Source: Eledone cirrhosa
Taxonomy: Eukaryota
Assembly: GCA_964016885.1 (NCBI GenBank)
Contig: OZ024741.1
Coordinates: 337,342,001 to 337,406,000, forward strand
DNA: 64,000 bases
Direction of reading: 5' to 3'
How positions within the stretch are numbered: the stretch's first letter is position 1; every line of letters starts with the position of its first letter. This document shows, piece after piece, positions 13,050 through 25,478 of the stretch. A program made the translations under genes and the position numbers. The notes beneath the pieces are model-generated. The model made no database searches. It was not told where the DNA came from and worked only from the letters and a program-made list of their open reading frames with translations.

Positions 13050-16000
13050 CGAACCGCCATCTTTTCGTATACGACCTGCGGTCAAAATAATTTTTCCTTG
13101 TCGATACTGGCGCGTCGCTGAGTATTTGGCCAGTCAGTTATCTCAAAAATACCCCATCTGAATCAAATATAAATCTACGAGCAGTCAACCACACGGCCAT
13201 TCGAACGTACGGGCAAATTTCGCTTCCTCTTCGGTTAAAAAATTTGTGTCGTGATTTGAAGTGGAAGTTTACTATCGCCGACTTGCCATACGCCATTTTG
13301 GGAGCGGATTTTCTCCACCATTTTTCCTTGTTGGTGGACATCCGCAGACAACGCCTTTTTGATGCTGAAACAGGCCTTTCTTTCGAGGGTTCAGAGCCGG
13401 GCGTCGCCACTGTCAGCCCTTCCTTTTTCTTGGCTGAAGTGGGCAACCAGTATCAAAGCCTGTTACATTCATTCCCTCAGTTGACGCAGGGAAAGTTACG
13501 AATGACTAGCCCTGATCATGCGATTGAACATTTCATATCCACTACAGGTCCACCTGTTTTCTCACGTCCTCGAAGATTATCTGCAGAGAAGTTGAAAGCT
13601 GCACGTCTTGAATTCGACCACATGCTGGAATTAGGAATAATTCGGCGTTCCACAAGTCCTTGGGCATCGCCTCTACATATGGTACTTAAATCTTCTGGTG
13701 ATTGGAGACCGACGGGTGACTACCGACGCTTAAACGCGATTACTGTGCCTGACCGTTATCCAATCCCGCATTTGCAGGATTTTGCATCGTCATTGCAGGG
13801 TTGCAGAATCTTTTCTAAGCTTGATTTGATCCGCGCTTATAAGCAAATTCCGGTTAACAAGGAGGATATTCCAAAGACTGCTATTGCCACTCCTTTCGGA
13901 TCATTCGAGTTCCTCACTATGCCTTTCGGACTTAGAAATGCTGCAAGTACCTTCCAACGATTTATGGATGATGTTACTCGGGGCCTGGATTTTGTGTACA
14001 CGTATATCGATGATGTGTTGAATGCTAGTTCTTCTCCTCAGCAGAATTCAAAGCATCTGGATCTCGTATTTCGTCGTTTACAGAGATATAATGTTCGTAT
14101 TAATGCTTCCAAGTGTGTTTTCGGCTCGACTTAACTAACATTTTTAGGCCATCTGATTGACGCCGATGGTATTCGACCTCTTCCTGAGAAGGTTAAGGCA
14201 ATTCAGGATTTGCCTCCGCCAAGTTCACTGCGACAATTGCGTCAATTCTTGGGCCTTGTAAATTTTTATAGGCGATTCGTACCTGGTTGTTCCAACTTGC
14301 TGTTCTCGTTGACAGAAATTTTTAAGGGTTGCCGGCGTAAGAATATGGACATTTCCTTAAATAAAACGCAGCTTGAGGATTTTAAAAAAGTGAAAAAGGC
14401 GTTAGCGAGCGCGTCTTTGCTCGCCCACCCAGTACCCAACGCCGAGCTATCCCTCTGTGTTGATGCTTCGGATAGCGCCGTGGGCGCAGTCTTACAGCAG
14501 AAGTGTGATGGGTTACAGCAACCACTCGAGTTCTTTTCGAGAAAGTTAAAGCCTGCCGAAACTCGCTATAGCACCTTTGGAAGGGAGCTATTAGCAATTT
14601 ATTTATCAGTGAAACATTTTTCTCATGTACTTGAAGGTAGAACATTCACCATTTTCACTGATCATAAACCTTTGACGTTTGCTCTTCGAACTAAAGCAGA
14701 CAAATACTCGCCCAGAGAAACGAGACATCTGGACTTCATCTCACAGTTCACGAACGACATTCAACATATTCCGGGTTCTTTGAATACAGCGGCCGCTGCG
14801 CTGTCTCGCCTGCCGATCGCATCGATTTCGTCTTCCGAGGAGATAGATTTACATCGAATGGCAGCTGCCCAACCCACTCTCGAATCGTTGGATGTTACAT
14901 CGCCAGAGTTTGTACATTGCAAACTGAAATACATTCCGATCTCAACTGCTGACGGACAAATACTGTGTGATGTTTCGTTGGACTCACCACGACCTCTAGT
15001 CCCAGTGGAACATCGACGAACTGTGTTTTTCGCTTTACATGGCATTTCTCACCCAGGAGTATCAGCCTCAGTAAAACTCATAACAGCCAGATTTTTCTGG
15101 CCTGATATGAGACGTGACATTGCTGCTTGGTGTCGTTCCTGTGTCGCTTGCCAAAAAGCGAAAGTTCATATACATGTTAAGGCTCCTCTCGGAACTTTCA
15201 CCTGCCCGGATGCAAGATTTCGTCACATTCATGTGGACATCGTCGGCCCGTGGCCGGTTAGTCGTGGTTTTTCGTATCTTTTGACGATTGTTGACCGTTT
15301 TTCGCGTTGGCCTGAAGCCGTCCCTATAACAGATATCACCGCTGAAACCACAGCCCGTACTCTCGTATCTTCATGGATCGCTCGTTTCGGTGTACCAACC
15401 ACCATAACAACGGATCGTGGTCTTTAATTTGAGTCTAACCTCATCCGATAATTAACCCAAATCCTGGGGGCTACTCGAATAAGAACCACGGCTTACTACC
15501 CAGCCTCAAACGGAATGGTGGAAAGATTCCACAGGCAACTCAAAGCCTCCTTAAGGGCTTCCATGACTCTTCACGTTGGAGCGAGTACCTACCTATTGTG
15601 TTGTTGGGTATTCGGTCGACGGTAAAGGTGGACCTTGGGTTCTCCTCTGCCGAATTAGTTTATGGTACTCCTCTGGCGTTACCGGGGCAAATGCTGGCCC
15701 CTTTTGACCTGACTTCGCAGGACCCCGCTTCCTACGTGTCCCGGCTTCACTCTTATTTCAATGATCTACCACCGATGGGCACTAGGAAGCAGACTGTAAA
15801 AACTGCCGTCCCAAGGGATATTGCCTTGTGGACACATTTGTTCGTTAGAGACGACGCCGTGAGACCCCTCTTCAACGGCCGTACTCTGGACCCTATCGTG
15901 TGCTTGCTCGCACAGACAAACATTTCACACTGGACATTCGGGGTTCCAGGGAAACGGTTTCCGTTGATCGTCTCAAACGAGCAAACCTGGACAATGACAC

Positions 16001-16166
16001 AATGACACTTGAAACTCAAATGCCCTCTTCTTTTTCTTTGCCACATACGCCTATTTCTCTCCCCCCCCCCCCCCCCCCCACACACACACCATCAACACAC
16101 ATAACTACGACCCGTTCTGGGCGAAGGGTGCATTGGCCCCGTAAGCTATGCAGTAATATAAACTGA
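13050..16166 (+). pseudogene. pol: Gypsy pol (protease, RT, RNase H, integrase)
   Basis: FLVDTGAS protease, MPFGLRNA and YIDD RT, VDASD/RELLAI/TDHKPL RNase H, HGISH...CVAC and HVDIVGP/TTDRG/VER integrase. Stops at ~13088, 14132 and 15425. Confidence 0.95.
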
Positions 16167-16597
16167 ATTGTATTCTTTTTTTCTTCCAATTGTTTTTGCT
16201 GTATATTGCATTTTGTTGCTTTTTGATTCTTGACTGCCTACGGCAGTGTCAATATATGTTATTTTTCGTAACATTACGACTGTTGTCAATTCTGACACAG
16301 TCCATTTTTTTAGTGCATTTTTATAGCTATGCTACATATGGCATTTTCATTGCCTAGCAAAAATTTTTTTTTTTGTTTATCGCATTTGGGGCCCCTTTAT
16401 TGCGAAGAGTGTTATCTTTTCATGCATTTTGCATCTTTTGCTGTACATTTTTTTTTCTGTGTTAATGCTTGCAGACATGAACCTATTTTTTTTTTTCATA
16501 ATTTGTTGATACATGCTTCTACATTTTGTAAACTACCTTGTGGGTCCTTTGCTTCATCGTTAACGATTTTTCAACAAAAAATCTGCTCCGAGGTGAA

Positions 16598-16987
16598 TGT
16601 AGTGACTGAGATGGTCGCTTAGCAACTAGCAGTTGCCTCCCCTTAACAACTCTTCAGAGAGCGGAGGCAATAGACATCGGGTCACAGAAGCGGGTTTGAA
16701 CAGACGTGAAAGGATTCGCTCCTGATAAAATATTGACTATGCTGTCTTCGTAAAAGATGATGTGAAAATGCCCTCCTTCGGATCAAGGACGCTACGATAT
16801 CTCGACGAATAGGCATTTGCTTATGTCTTCGTTATTTCTGTACCGGAGAATATTATTACACCTTTTGTTATTAACCCACAAGGTATGTTTAAATTGACGT
16901 TGTAGGAAATTTATTAAATATCACATTTAATAAAAGATCGTTAAATTTTGATTGTTCACCCCCTTTCTGGAGTCATTTATTCATATA
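16598..16987 (+). repeat. 3' LTR
   Basis: Direct repeat of 12024-12413; terminal CA mutated to TA. Confidence 0.95.
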
Positions 16988-17991
16988 AAGAGAAACGATG
17001 AATTGTCCATTCATCGACAAACATTCGTTTCCTTTAAATTCATAAAATTCCTAGTAATGATTGTAGAAAACAGTTCAAGTGGCCTTAACTGCTGGTGGAG
17101 TTGTAGAGACGCCATCTTACACAAAGTATGAAGCATGATTTGGACATATTAAACCCGGTAGAGTTCATTCATCATTAGGGCAGGCATAGACGATTTGTTT
17201 CCAAAGAGACATATGGAGGAGGAGAAGAGGGTGGGAAAAAGAGAGAGGTGTAGGGACAAAGAGAGGTGGAGAAAGAGGGGTGGTGAGAGAGAGAGTGCGA
17301 GGTGGAGAGATAGATTTCTTTACCTTGGAAAGATGAAAGGCAAAGTTGACCGTGACAAAATTTTGAACTCGGAACGTAGAATGTCATAACTAAATAACGA
17401 AACATTTAAAATCTAACGCCGTTTGATATGTGCAGTATCAATACAAAGACTGTATGGCTGCACACACATAGCTAAAAGGGGTGTTGGTTATGATCCATAA
17501 CTAAATATCACAAAACATTTCCTCATGTCATAGCATATAAATCAAGTATCGTGTCTTTCGGTGTATAACATACATTTTTTTTTTTTTTTCTAACATATAT
17601 ATACAATTTACATAAAAATCTTCCTGCATACTAAACGCCGATAAAATTATAGGATGCTACACAATAAAGTTTTTTTTTCAAAAATAAGGATTTATTTTAT
17701 ACAACAGCGCATCTTATCTACTTATATATATAACCAGCAATTTCTCTGTCTGTCTGCCCGACAGTGGAAACACGTGCGTAGAGAGAGAGAGAGTGAGAGT
17801 GAAAGAAAGCGACGGATAGCGGGAGGGAGAGAGAGAGAGTGAATAGACGCTAAAACACGTGCTACAGAAACATTACCTTCCCCTCTCCACTGACTTTGGT
17901 CACTGAGGCCGAGGGAATCGCTGGTTGCTATAGAGACACTTTGCACAAGCCAGAAGTAACCAGTTCGAGGCGGTTCTGACTTGACACCATG

Positions 17992-18150
17992 TGAAGAAGG
18001 TTGCCATTGAATTTGTGGTTTGAAGAAGGTTGCCATTGAATTTGTGGTTGTTGCTGCTGATAATAAGGACCATTTGAAGAAGGTTGCCATTGAATTTGTG
18101 GTTGTTGCTGCTGATAATAAGGACCATTTGAAGAAGGTTGCTGCTGATGA
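17992..18150. repeat. Short 54-bp tandem repeat plus a 29-bp partial unit
   Basis: TGAAGAAGGTTG recurs at 17992, 18021, 18075 and 18129. Confidence 0.85.
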
Positions 18151-18689
18151 GGTAATTTATTAATCAGATTGCGCAGTTCCATAACCTACGTTTGATTTGT
18201 TCAATTTTTTTCTTCAATTTTTTTTTTTTTTTTTTTTTTTCTTATTGAAAAAATATAAATAATAAAATAAGGTTAGAAATTTAAATACAATTAAATGCGA
18301 TTTAATTTCCATTTCCAGCAGCCAATGTCCAGTGTTCAATTTCATGAAAAAATTGGAAATAATTCAAAAAATTGAAGTTTAACTTTTGAACATTTGTTTT
18401 GACAATAAAAAAATATTTCCTTATTCACACCTAATGGTATGATTAAAATTTCATAGGAATATTTTTTTCTAACCGCCAGTTATTTATTTTCTCCTTTTTC
18501 GTTTTAACATATATTTATTTCAAAGATTTCACCGTATAGATAACATATATATTTATACATGCATAAAAGACACACCGAGTGACGGTGAACATGTGGTGCC
18601 GAAAACATTTCTCATCCAAATCTCAACAATATCAGTATATACACTAGATTTGCTAGCAGAAAACCGCCCACCGGGTGGTTTTCTGCTAG

Positions 18690-18992
18690 TCTATATATAT
18701 AAAACTGAGGATGTCTGTCTGTGTGTGTGTGAGTTTGAATCCCTAAAACTCGAGGAACACCCAACCGACTGTTTTCAAACTTTACACATGTAATACTTAT
18801 GTTTCAAGGAGTGTTCTGAGCAAAAGGAATTTCAAATTTTCAATGCCCTAGGGACCGCATTGGGCGATTTAGCAATCTCTCTCTATAATTCTTAGTCTTT
18901 CTCTTTTTAAATAGATACATACATATAACGTCGCGTCCTTATAATATATGTCTGTATGTCTGGCTGTCTGCATTACGTCACTTCCCTGAGGA

Positions 18993-19024
<32 letters not shown>

Positions 19025-19460
19025 AATCCCTAAAACTCAAGAATACCCAACCGACTTTTTTCAAACTTTACATGTGTATTACTTATGTTTCAGGGAGTGT
19101 TAAGCACATACAAAATTCAACTTTTTGATCCCCTAGGCCCGCATTAAGTGAAAAACTGCGTTTTTTTTCAGCTTTTTAGGGTATTTTTGAGGCGTTACGT
19201 CAGACCGATTTCCTAGAAATTGTAACTATGTATTAGTCAGTCTCTTCCTCATACTATGAGCAAAGAAAATACAACTTTTTTATGGCCTTGGCCCGCATTA
19301 AGTGAAAAACTTCATTTTTTTCAGCTTTTTAGGGCTTTTTTGGAGGCGTTACGTCTACTCGATTTTCCCGAAATTTCAAGGCATGTTATGCATATCAAAC
19401 AAATTCATTTTCTTGATCCCCTAGGGCCCGCATTAGATGAAAACCTGCATTTTTCCTGCT
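18690..19460 (+). mobile_element. Non-autonomous Helitron-like element, 5' part with internal duplications
   Basis: Begins TCTATATATATAAAA followed by GTCT/(GT)n, matching the 5' end of 54929-55559. Block ~18705-18860 is repeated at ~18987-19145. Confidence 0.6.
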
Positions 19461-20258
19461 TCATCGAGTAAAATCTTAAAGATTATCCAGACATAAGAGT
19501 ATTCGGTTTATTTTCTTTACATATTGTACAGGCATGCAGTTTTTCCACGATTAGGTCTGTTGGCGGCCCGCGTTCCGGGTACCACTGTTAGTATTCTATA
19601 AAATATGATATTCTGTCCCAAATGCTGCCTTATCAATTTCTTTAATTTTTCACCCGAGAGAGAGTTTCGTGACTCAAAAATCATTATACAAAATAATTCT
19701 TTCTTAGATTGACCAGCAATTATATCGATCATTTAGCTAGCACTTTATTTTATCTACCCTGCAAGAATCAATGGCAAATTTCACCACGTCGCCACCACCA
19801 TCATTATCAACGTCAATAAGAACGTAGAAAAGCCTGACTAAATACTGTAGAGCATTTTGTCCGACGCTCTACAGCCCTATCATTATAAACACAAACAGAG
19901 AATAGGGAATAGATTTGATTCGCGGATGATTCAACAATTCGGTGTTATTGTAAAGGGGGTGGTTTGTCATTACAATGGCGGAGGGTGGTGGGCTCAAGGC
20001 TGTGTCCCGCAGACAAGACGGGACAAAATGCTCTACAGTATTTAGTCAGGCTTTTCTACGTTCTTATTGACGTTGGTAATGGTGGTGGTGGCGACGTGGT
20101 GAAATTTGCCATTGATTCTTGCAGTGTACGAGAACGTGTCACAAAATGTGGCCTACCAGAAGAAGGATCTAATTCCTTTAAATGGGAAGAGGGTAATTCC
20201 ATTGGAGCGCAGTCGAGGCCTGCTGGCTCAAGTTATGATGAAACATTGTATTAGAATA

Positions 20259-20342
20259 CAGGCTGTCACAAAAAAAAGAACGTATACACACTTTAATTAG
20301 ACTGCTGTTGAAGTGTGTATAAATGTTATTTGGGACACCCTG
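20259..20342. mobile_element. 84-bp Tc1/mariner-type MITE
   Basis: TA|CAGGCTGTCACAAA...TTTGGGACACCCTG|TA; imperfect TIRs with TA duplication. Confidence 0.7.
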
Positions 20343-20380
20343 TATATATATATATATATATATAATTGTGTATATAAATC

Positions 20381-20423
<43 letters not shown>

Positions 20424-22666
20424 TACATACACACACAACCGCGCGCGCGTGCTCACATACATACATGCATGTATATACATAGAGATAGATATAACGCGCG
20501 CGCGTGTGTTTCTGAAAATGTTTCATCTGACAAAGATAACTTCCGTGTCGGTAAAAGGATAATCCCTATTAAGCCTTGTATCAGGGATTAAAAAGCTACC
20601 TTATTCCATGTGGAAGAGACTCAACTGATAATACCGCTAGTCATTTTATTGACTTATTACCGTAGTAAACAGGCGACGGGGGTGTATCATGTTTCCGTGA
20701 GTGCTTAGGTTAACAAGAGTTGTCTACCTTGGTACACATTTATTTTCACCCAATAACTCATCCAAGATGATTTTCGAAATATATATTCGTTTCTAATTAA
20801 AATGTACATGTATGAGTGAAGGCATGTGGCTTAGTGGTTAGCGAATTGGATTTGCAATCATGAATTCGATTCTTGGACAGGGCAATGCGTTATGTCCTTG
20901 AGCAAGCCACTTTATTTTACGTTGTTCTTTCTGTCAGGAATTGTGACCAGTAGATAGTATCAGCAATGAAAAGACCAATGGAAACATTCTTTCCTTGGTC
21001 CAGTTTGACGAGTTCTATCTCAAGTGAAATAGATTTGGAGACTTGTCAAACGATTAAAAAAAAAAATGTTGAGATAAATGAGTAACAAATTTGAGGGTAG
21101 GGACAAGTTGATAAAATAATTACAGACTTGTCTAGTACATTATTTTAATGACCATAGAAGAATGATATTGGTCGAATTTGACCTCAGAATGTAAAGTGAC
21201 ACAACAAATACTGCAATGGCATTTTATAGGGTGCTCTACTAATTCTGCCAATCTGCTACATTGTTTTGAAAATCATAGGATGGCGAATAGCAGAGTCATT
21301 AATTAGAACGTCGGGTAAAAGGTTTTCTCTGCTCTCTGTGTTCAAAGCATGTAAAGGTCAACTTTACCTTTCATCCTTTTGAGGTTGATAAAAAAAAACA
21401 GTACTATTAAAATAACCCCCCACCCCCTCTCCCCTTCTTTAAAAACTTCCATTGAACTTTTAAAATTCAAAATTTACTCAATTCTTCTTGATTCCACATT
21501 GGAAATATTTAAATATTTCTCATTGCCCTATGATGAAAAAAAAAATAATAATCGTTACTTGTACTTTGTTTTTATTGACCTCAGTGTATTACTGGTTCTA
21601 TTTCTTTTTTGTCGAACCCAGAAGGATAATAGGCAAAGTTGATCTCAGCAGGATTTGAACTCAAAATGTAGAAAGTCGTAACAACACTCAAGCAATTCAG
21701 CGCACATTAATAATAAAATATAAAAATTCTTTCAATATCTGAACATTCTTCTTAGATCCCATAATTACTTGTGGAGTCATGTCTAGGGCACTTTTAAACC
21801 TGGTGGAGCCAAACCCTCTTCAGGTCTGAACGCAGCAGATTTTTTCTAAAGTGGAAGAATCGAGCCCAGTACTGGACTGGTACTTTTAATCGTCCTCGAA
21901 AGGATGAAAGGCAAAGTTGACCATGGCGGGATTTGAACTCAGATCACGGAATGGGGTGGGACGAATACCGTAAAGCATTCTATCCGACGTCTTAACGACT
22001 CTACCAATGCGCTGTCTATCTCTGAACATTATAATGCTATAAATTTGGAATTATGAAAATCATTACACTGTATATATATAAATCGTTGTCGTCGTCATCG
22101 TTTTAACGTCTGCTTTCCTTGCTAGCAAGGGTTGAACAGGTCCATATAGACCAAATCGTTCTGAATCAGAGCCACTGATCTCCCAAGCAAGCCAGGGTCC
22201 AGTGCCCTTATGTACGGTCTCACATTCCGTCGAGTGCTCAGGTGCGGTTGTCATGCCTTTGACACAACTGAGGGTCCTCCCAACATTTTGTTTGACAAGA
22301 TTTCTATGGCTGGATTCCCTTCATGTCAACAACCTCTATACAGTGTGTACTAGGTGTGTTTATCATGTAGATTTCAAAATGTTTATTTATAGATATACAA
22401 AACACACACACTTATATGTGTGTATATGTATAAACACAACAGCTAATATTAGCCGTTGCGTTGATGGTGACTTTGAAATGTTTACGAGGTAACAATTTAT
22501 TTATATTTTCATTTAATAGTTCTGATCATTCCAATTTTTTGTTTATTTAATTGATTAAGTTATAATCAATTATGTATCTATTTAAAATATGGATGAAACG
22601 TTCATTAATTTATTAAAAGGAAATATAATTAACCGTTTCCGTCTTTTGTATTATCATAATATATAC

Positions 22667-22723
<57 letters not shown>

Positions 22724-22727
<4 letters not shown>

Positions 22728-23473
22728 TAAATTATCGAGAATCGCATTTTGGCCCACGAAATAACGAAAAACAACCTCCGAGATGTGTGGCAAGTGCTCA
22801 ATGATTCAGATGAACCAGAGCTATAACAAACGTTAAAGGCCAATCACACTGAGACGATGGTTAAAGAATCATTCGCATAGCCAAAAAGGCGATCAAGTAA
22901 TTCGGGTCAAACAAATAAAAAATATCCGTGATTGAAAATTTACCCGGACCCCTGGAAGGTTGGTAAAATCCAGCATTTGGGTTTCTGCAGCTCCTAAATC
23001 AATTACTGTCCGCTTACATAAATAATGTTAGGCTTCTGGTAAGATGATTGAACAAGGAAGCCACTTTCTTAACAGGTTTTAGTTCAATGTTAATAGAAGG
23101 ACTGACTATTGCTGACCCCACGTGGGGATCGGCAAGGGAGGCAACCCCTATATCAGGCGAATGAATTCAGTTGTGTATCTTATTGCAAGAATGCAAAAAC
23201 ATCACAAATCGAATAGAGTTCTCAACAGAAGGGTTAAAATTAACATAAGCTATTCATCAGTCAATAGAATCAACTAAAAAATCAAGAAAATTAACTGGTC
23301 AATAGCTAGAGTCTGGAGATTAATATAAATTATCGAGAATCGCATTTCGGCCCACGAAATAACGAAAAACAACCTGTGTGGCAAGTGCTCAATGATTCAG
23401 ATGAACCAGAGCTATAACAAACGTTTAAGGCCAATCACACTGAGACGATGGTTAAACAATAATTCGCATAGCC
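22724..23473. repeat. ~155-bp direct repeats 598 bp apart, embedded in (TA)n
   Basis: 22724-22882 matches 23322-23473. Confidence 0.85.
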
Positions 23474-23587
23474 CCCAAAAAAAAAATATATATATATATA
23501 GTAATAATAATAAATTTAAAGACTAAAATACAAAGAGGGCTCGATAAGGATAAATATATATCAAATATATAAGAACCGTAGAGCAAA

Positions 23588-23641
<54 letters not shown>

Positions 23642-24341
23642 AATTTAAAAAAATATGATCAACACTAATGTGTTTTTGCAAAATGACAATAATTTTTTAG
23701 CCCGAAGTAATGCTCAGAAGTATTTTCTTAGAGCAAATTGTATTTGACTACTAAATTGAAATAAATCTGCTCCTTCGGTAGAGCTGAATTCATAATCCCA
23801 TATTTACGGCTGTTATTTCTAGCGCCATGGATATGAGCCAGAATGCTGTGAAGGTCGTGTGCAAAAGCACATGTATTAGGCTTGCGACAGATCAGTCTTA
23901 AGATTATTATCTTAGAAGTAACTATAATTTCTGGGTGCCTATTGAAAATCACAGAAAATTGATTACTTCACTAATAATTATTTTATAAATAGTTGTTCCG
24001 TAATTAATTAATTATTTCATTAGTTTACCATCCCTTGTGAAACAGGTTTATGTTTTGAAGTTCCGACCGATCTGCTGAAAAGGTTTGAATTTTGAAATTT
24101 AAACTTGTCTAGGCACCAGGCAGTTGCCATTTTACGTCTGTAAGTATAGATTTAATATTTAATATTTTCTAGATCGATACAGGCGGACTATATGTACTTG
24201 AATTAAGGTATTTCTATCTGGCTAAAAAATTATTGTCATTTTGCAAAAACACATTAGTGTTGATCATATTTTTTTAAATTGTACTGTAATGCTCAGAAGT
24301 ATTTTCTTAGAGCTTAAGAATTGTATTTGACTACTAAATTG

Positions 24342-24379
<38 letters not shown>

Positions 24380-24502
24380 AAAACCACAGACCCTCCATCT
24401 CAACTCTACTTTTGAAAAGCAGAAGAACTGCGAAACTGGTAAAGGAACCAAATAAATATATATATATTTTTTTAAATAAGACTCCAGTTGCATTTCGATT
24501 TC

Positions 24503-24571
<69 letters not shown>

Positions 24572-24694
24572 AATATTTTCGAAACAGTGAGCCGGTTTGA
24601 AATTATTAGAAATGTAAGCTATCGCTATTTCTTTAATTTCTTTAGTCAAAATACAGCGATAGCTTACATTTCTAATAATATATATATATATATA

Positions 24695-24991
24695 TATAAA
24701 GAAAAAGGGATGAAATCGAAAATGCAACTGAAGTCTTATTTTTTTTAAAAATATATATATTTATTTGGTTCCTTTACCGGTTTCGCAGTTCTTCTGCTTT
24801 TCAAAAGGTTAGTTGAGATGGAGGGTCTGTGGTTTTTCTCACATGTGAGAAAAACCACAGACCCTCCATCTCAACTCACCTTTTGAAAAGCAGAAGAACT
24901 GCGAAACCGGTAAAGGAACCAAATAAATATATATATTTTTAAAAAAAATAAGACTTCAGTTGCATTTTCGATTTCATCCCTTTTTCTTTAT
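24695..24991. repeat. Near-perfect spacerless palindrome (~148-bp arms)
   Basis: Centre ACATGT at 24841-24846; the arms mirror almost exactly. Confidence 0.92.
24879..24916 (+). ncRNA. Minimal type I hammerhead ribozyme, U3-A8 core variant
   Basis: CCTT-TTGAAAA-GCAG-AAGAA-CTGC-GAAAC-CG-GTA-AAGG. Stem I CCTT/AAGG, stem II GCAG/CTGC, palindromic ACCGGT stem III, GUA site. Mirror copy at 24771-24808 (-) and another at ~24408-24445 (+). Confidence 0.7.
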
Positions 24992-25047
24992 ACTTCCTCT
25001 CGTGTAGGACACCTCGGTTATTTTTCATTTTGTAAAAAAAACCTCAC

Positions 25048-25093
<46 letters not shown>

Positions 25094-25169
25094 AAAAAGA
25101 GATGAAATCGAAAATGCAACTGGAGTCTTATTTTTAAAAAAAATATATATATTTATTTGGTTCCTTTAT

Positions 25170-25478
25170 ATATTAAAATACAAATATTAATAAAATAGAT
25201 GTTCTTTTGATCAATTAAATTTTATTATACATATTTCAGAGGTACAACAGTACGTCCTCATCAGACAAAATATAATGATACATGAAATACCCTGAGATGT
25301 TAAATGGTTAAGATTTAATCAAGGTAGTAATTAATCTTAACCATTTAACATCTCAGGGTATGTCATGTATCATTATATTTTGTCTGATGAGGACGTACTG
25401 TTGTACCTCTGAAATGTGTATAATAAAATTTAATTGATCAAAAGAACATCTATTTTATTAATATTTGTATTTTAATAT
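25170..25478. repeat. Inverted repeat (~145-bp arms) with a CTGATGA...GAAA motif in each arm
   Basis: Arms mirror around ~25315-25332. The right arm has TTTTGT-CTGATGA-GGACGTACTGTTGTACCTCT-GAAA...TA-ATAAAA at 25378-25428. Confidence 0.85.

Larger units (their letters stand above)
12024..16987 (+). mobile_element. Ty3/Gypsy LTR retrotransposon, two LTRs, inactivated
   Basis: 390-bp direct repeats at 12024-12413 and 16598-16987. Internal domain order is gag-PR-RT-RH-IN, with several premature stops. Confidence 0.97.

Noticed and set aside
12019-16992. Target-site duplication for the Gypsy element
   Set aside because: Flanks GAATT and AAGAG do not match at the LTR boundaries.
22724-22882. Canonical hammerhead in the 598-bp-period repeats
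   Set aside because: CAGATGA...CAAACGTT and GGCC...GGCCGAAA fragments do not assemble into a core with consistent stems I-III.
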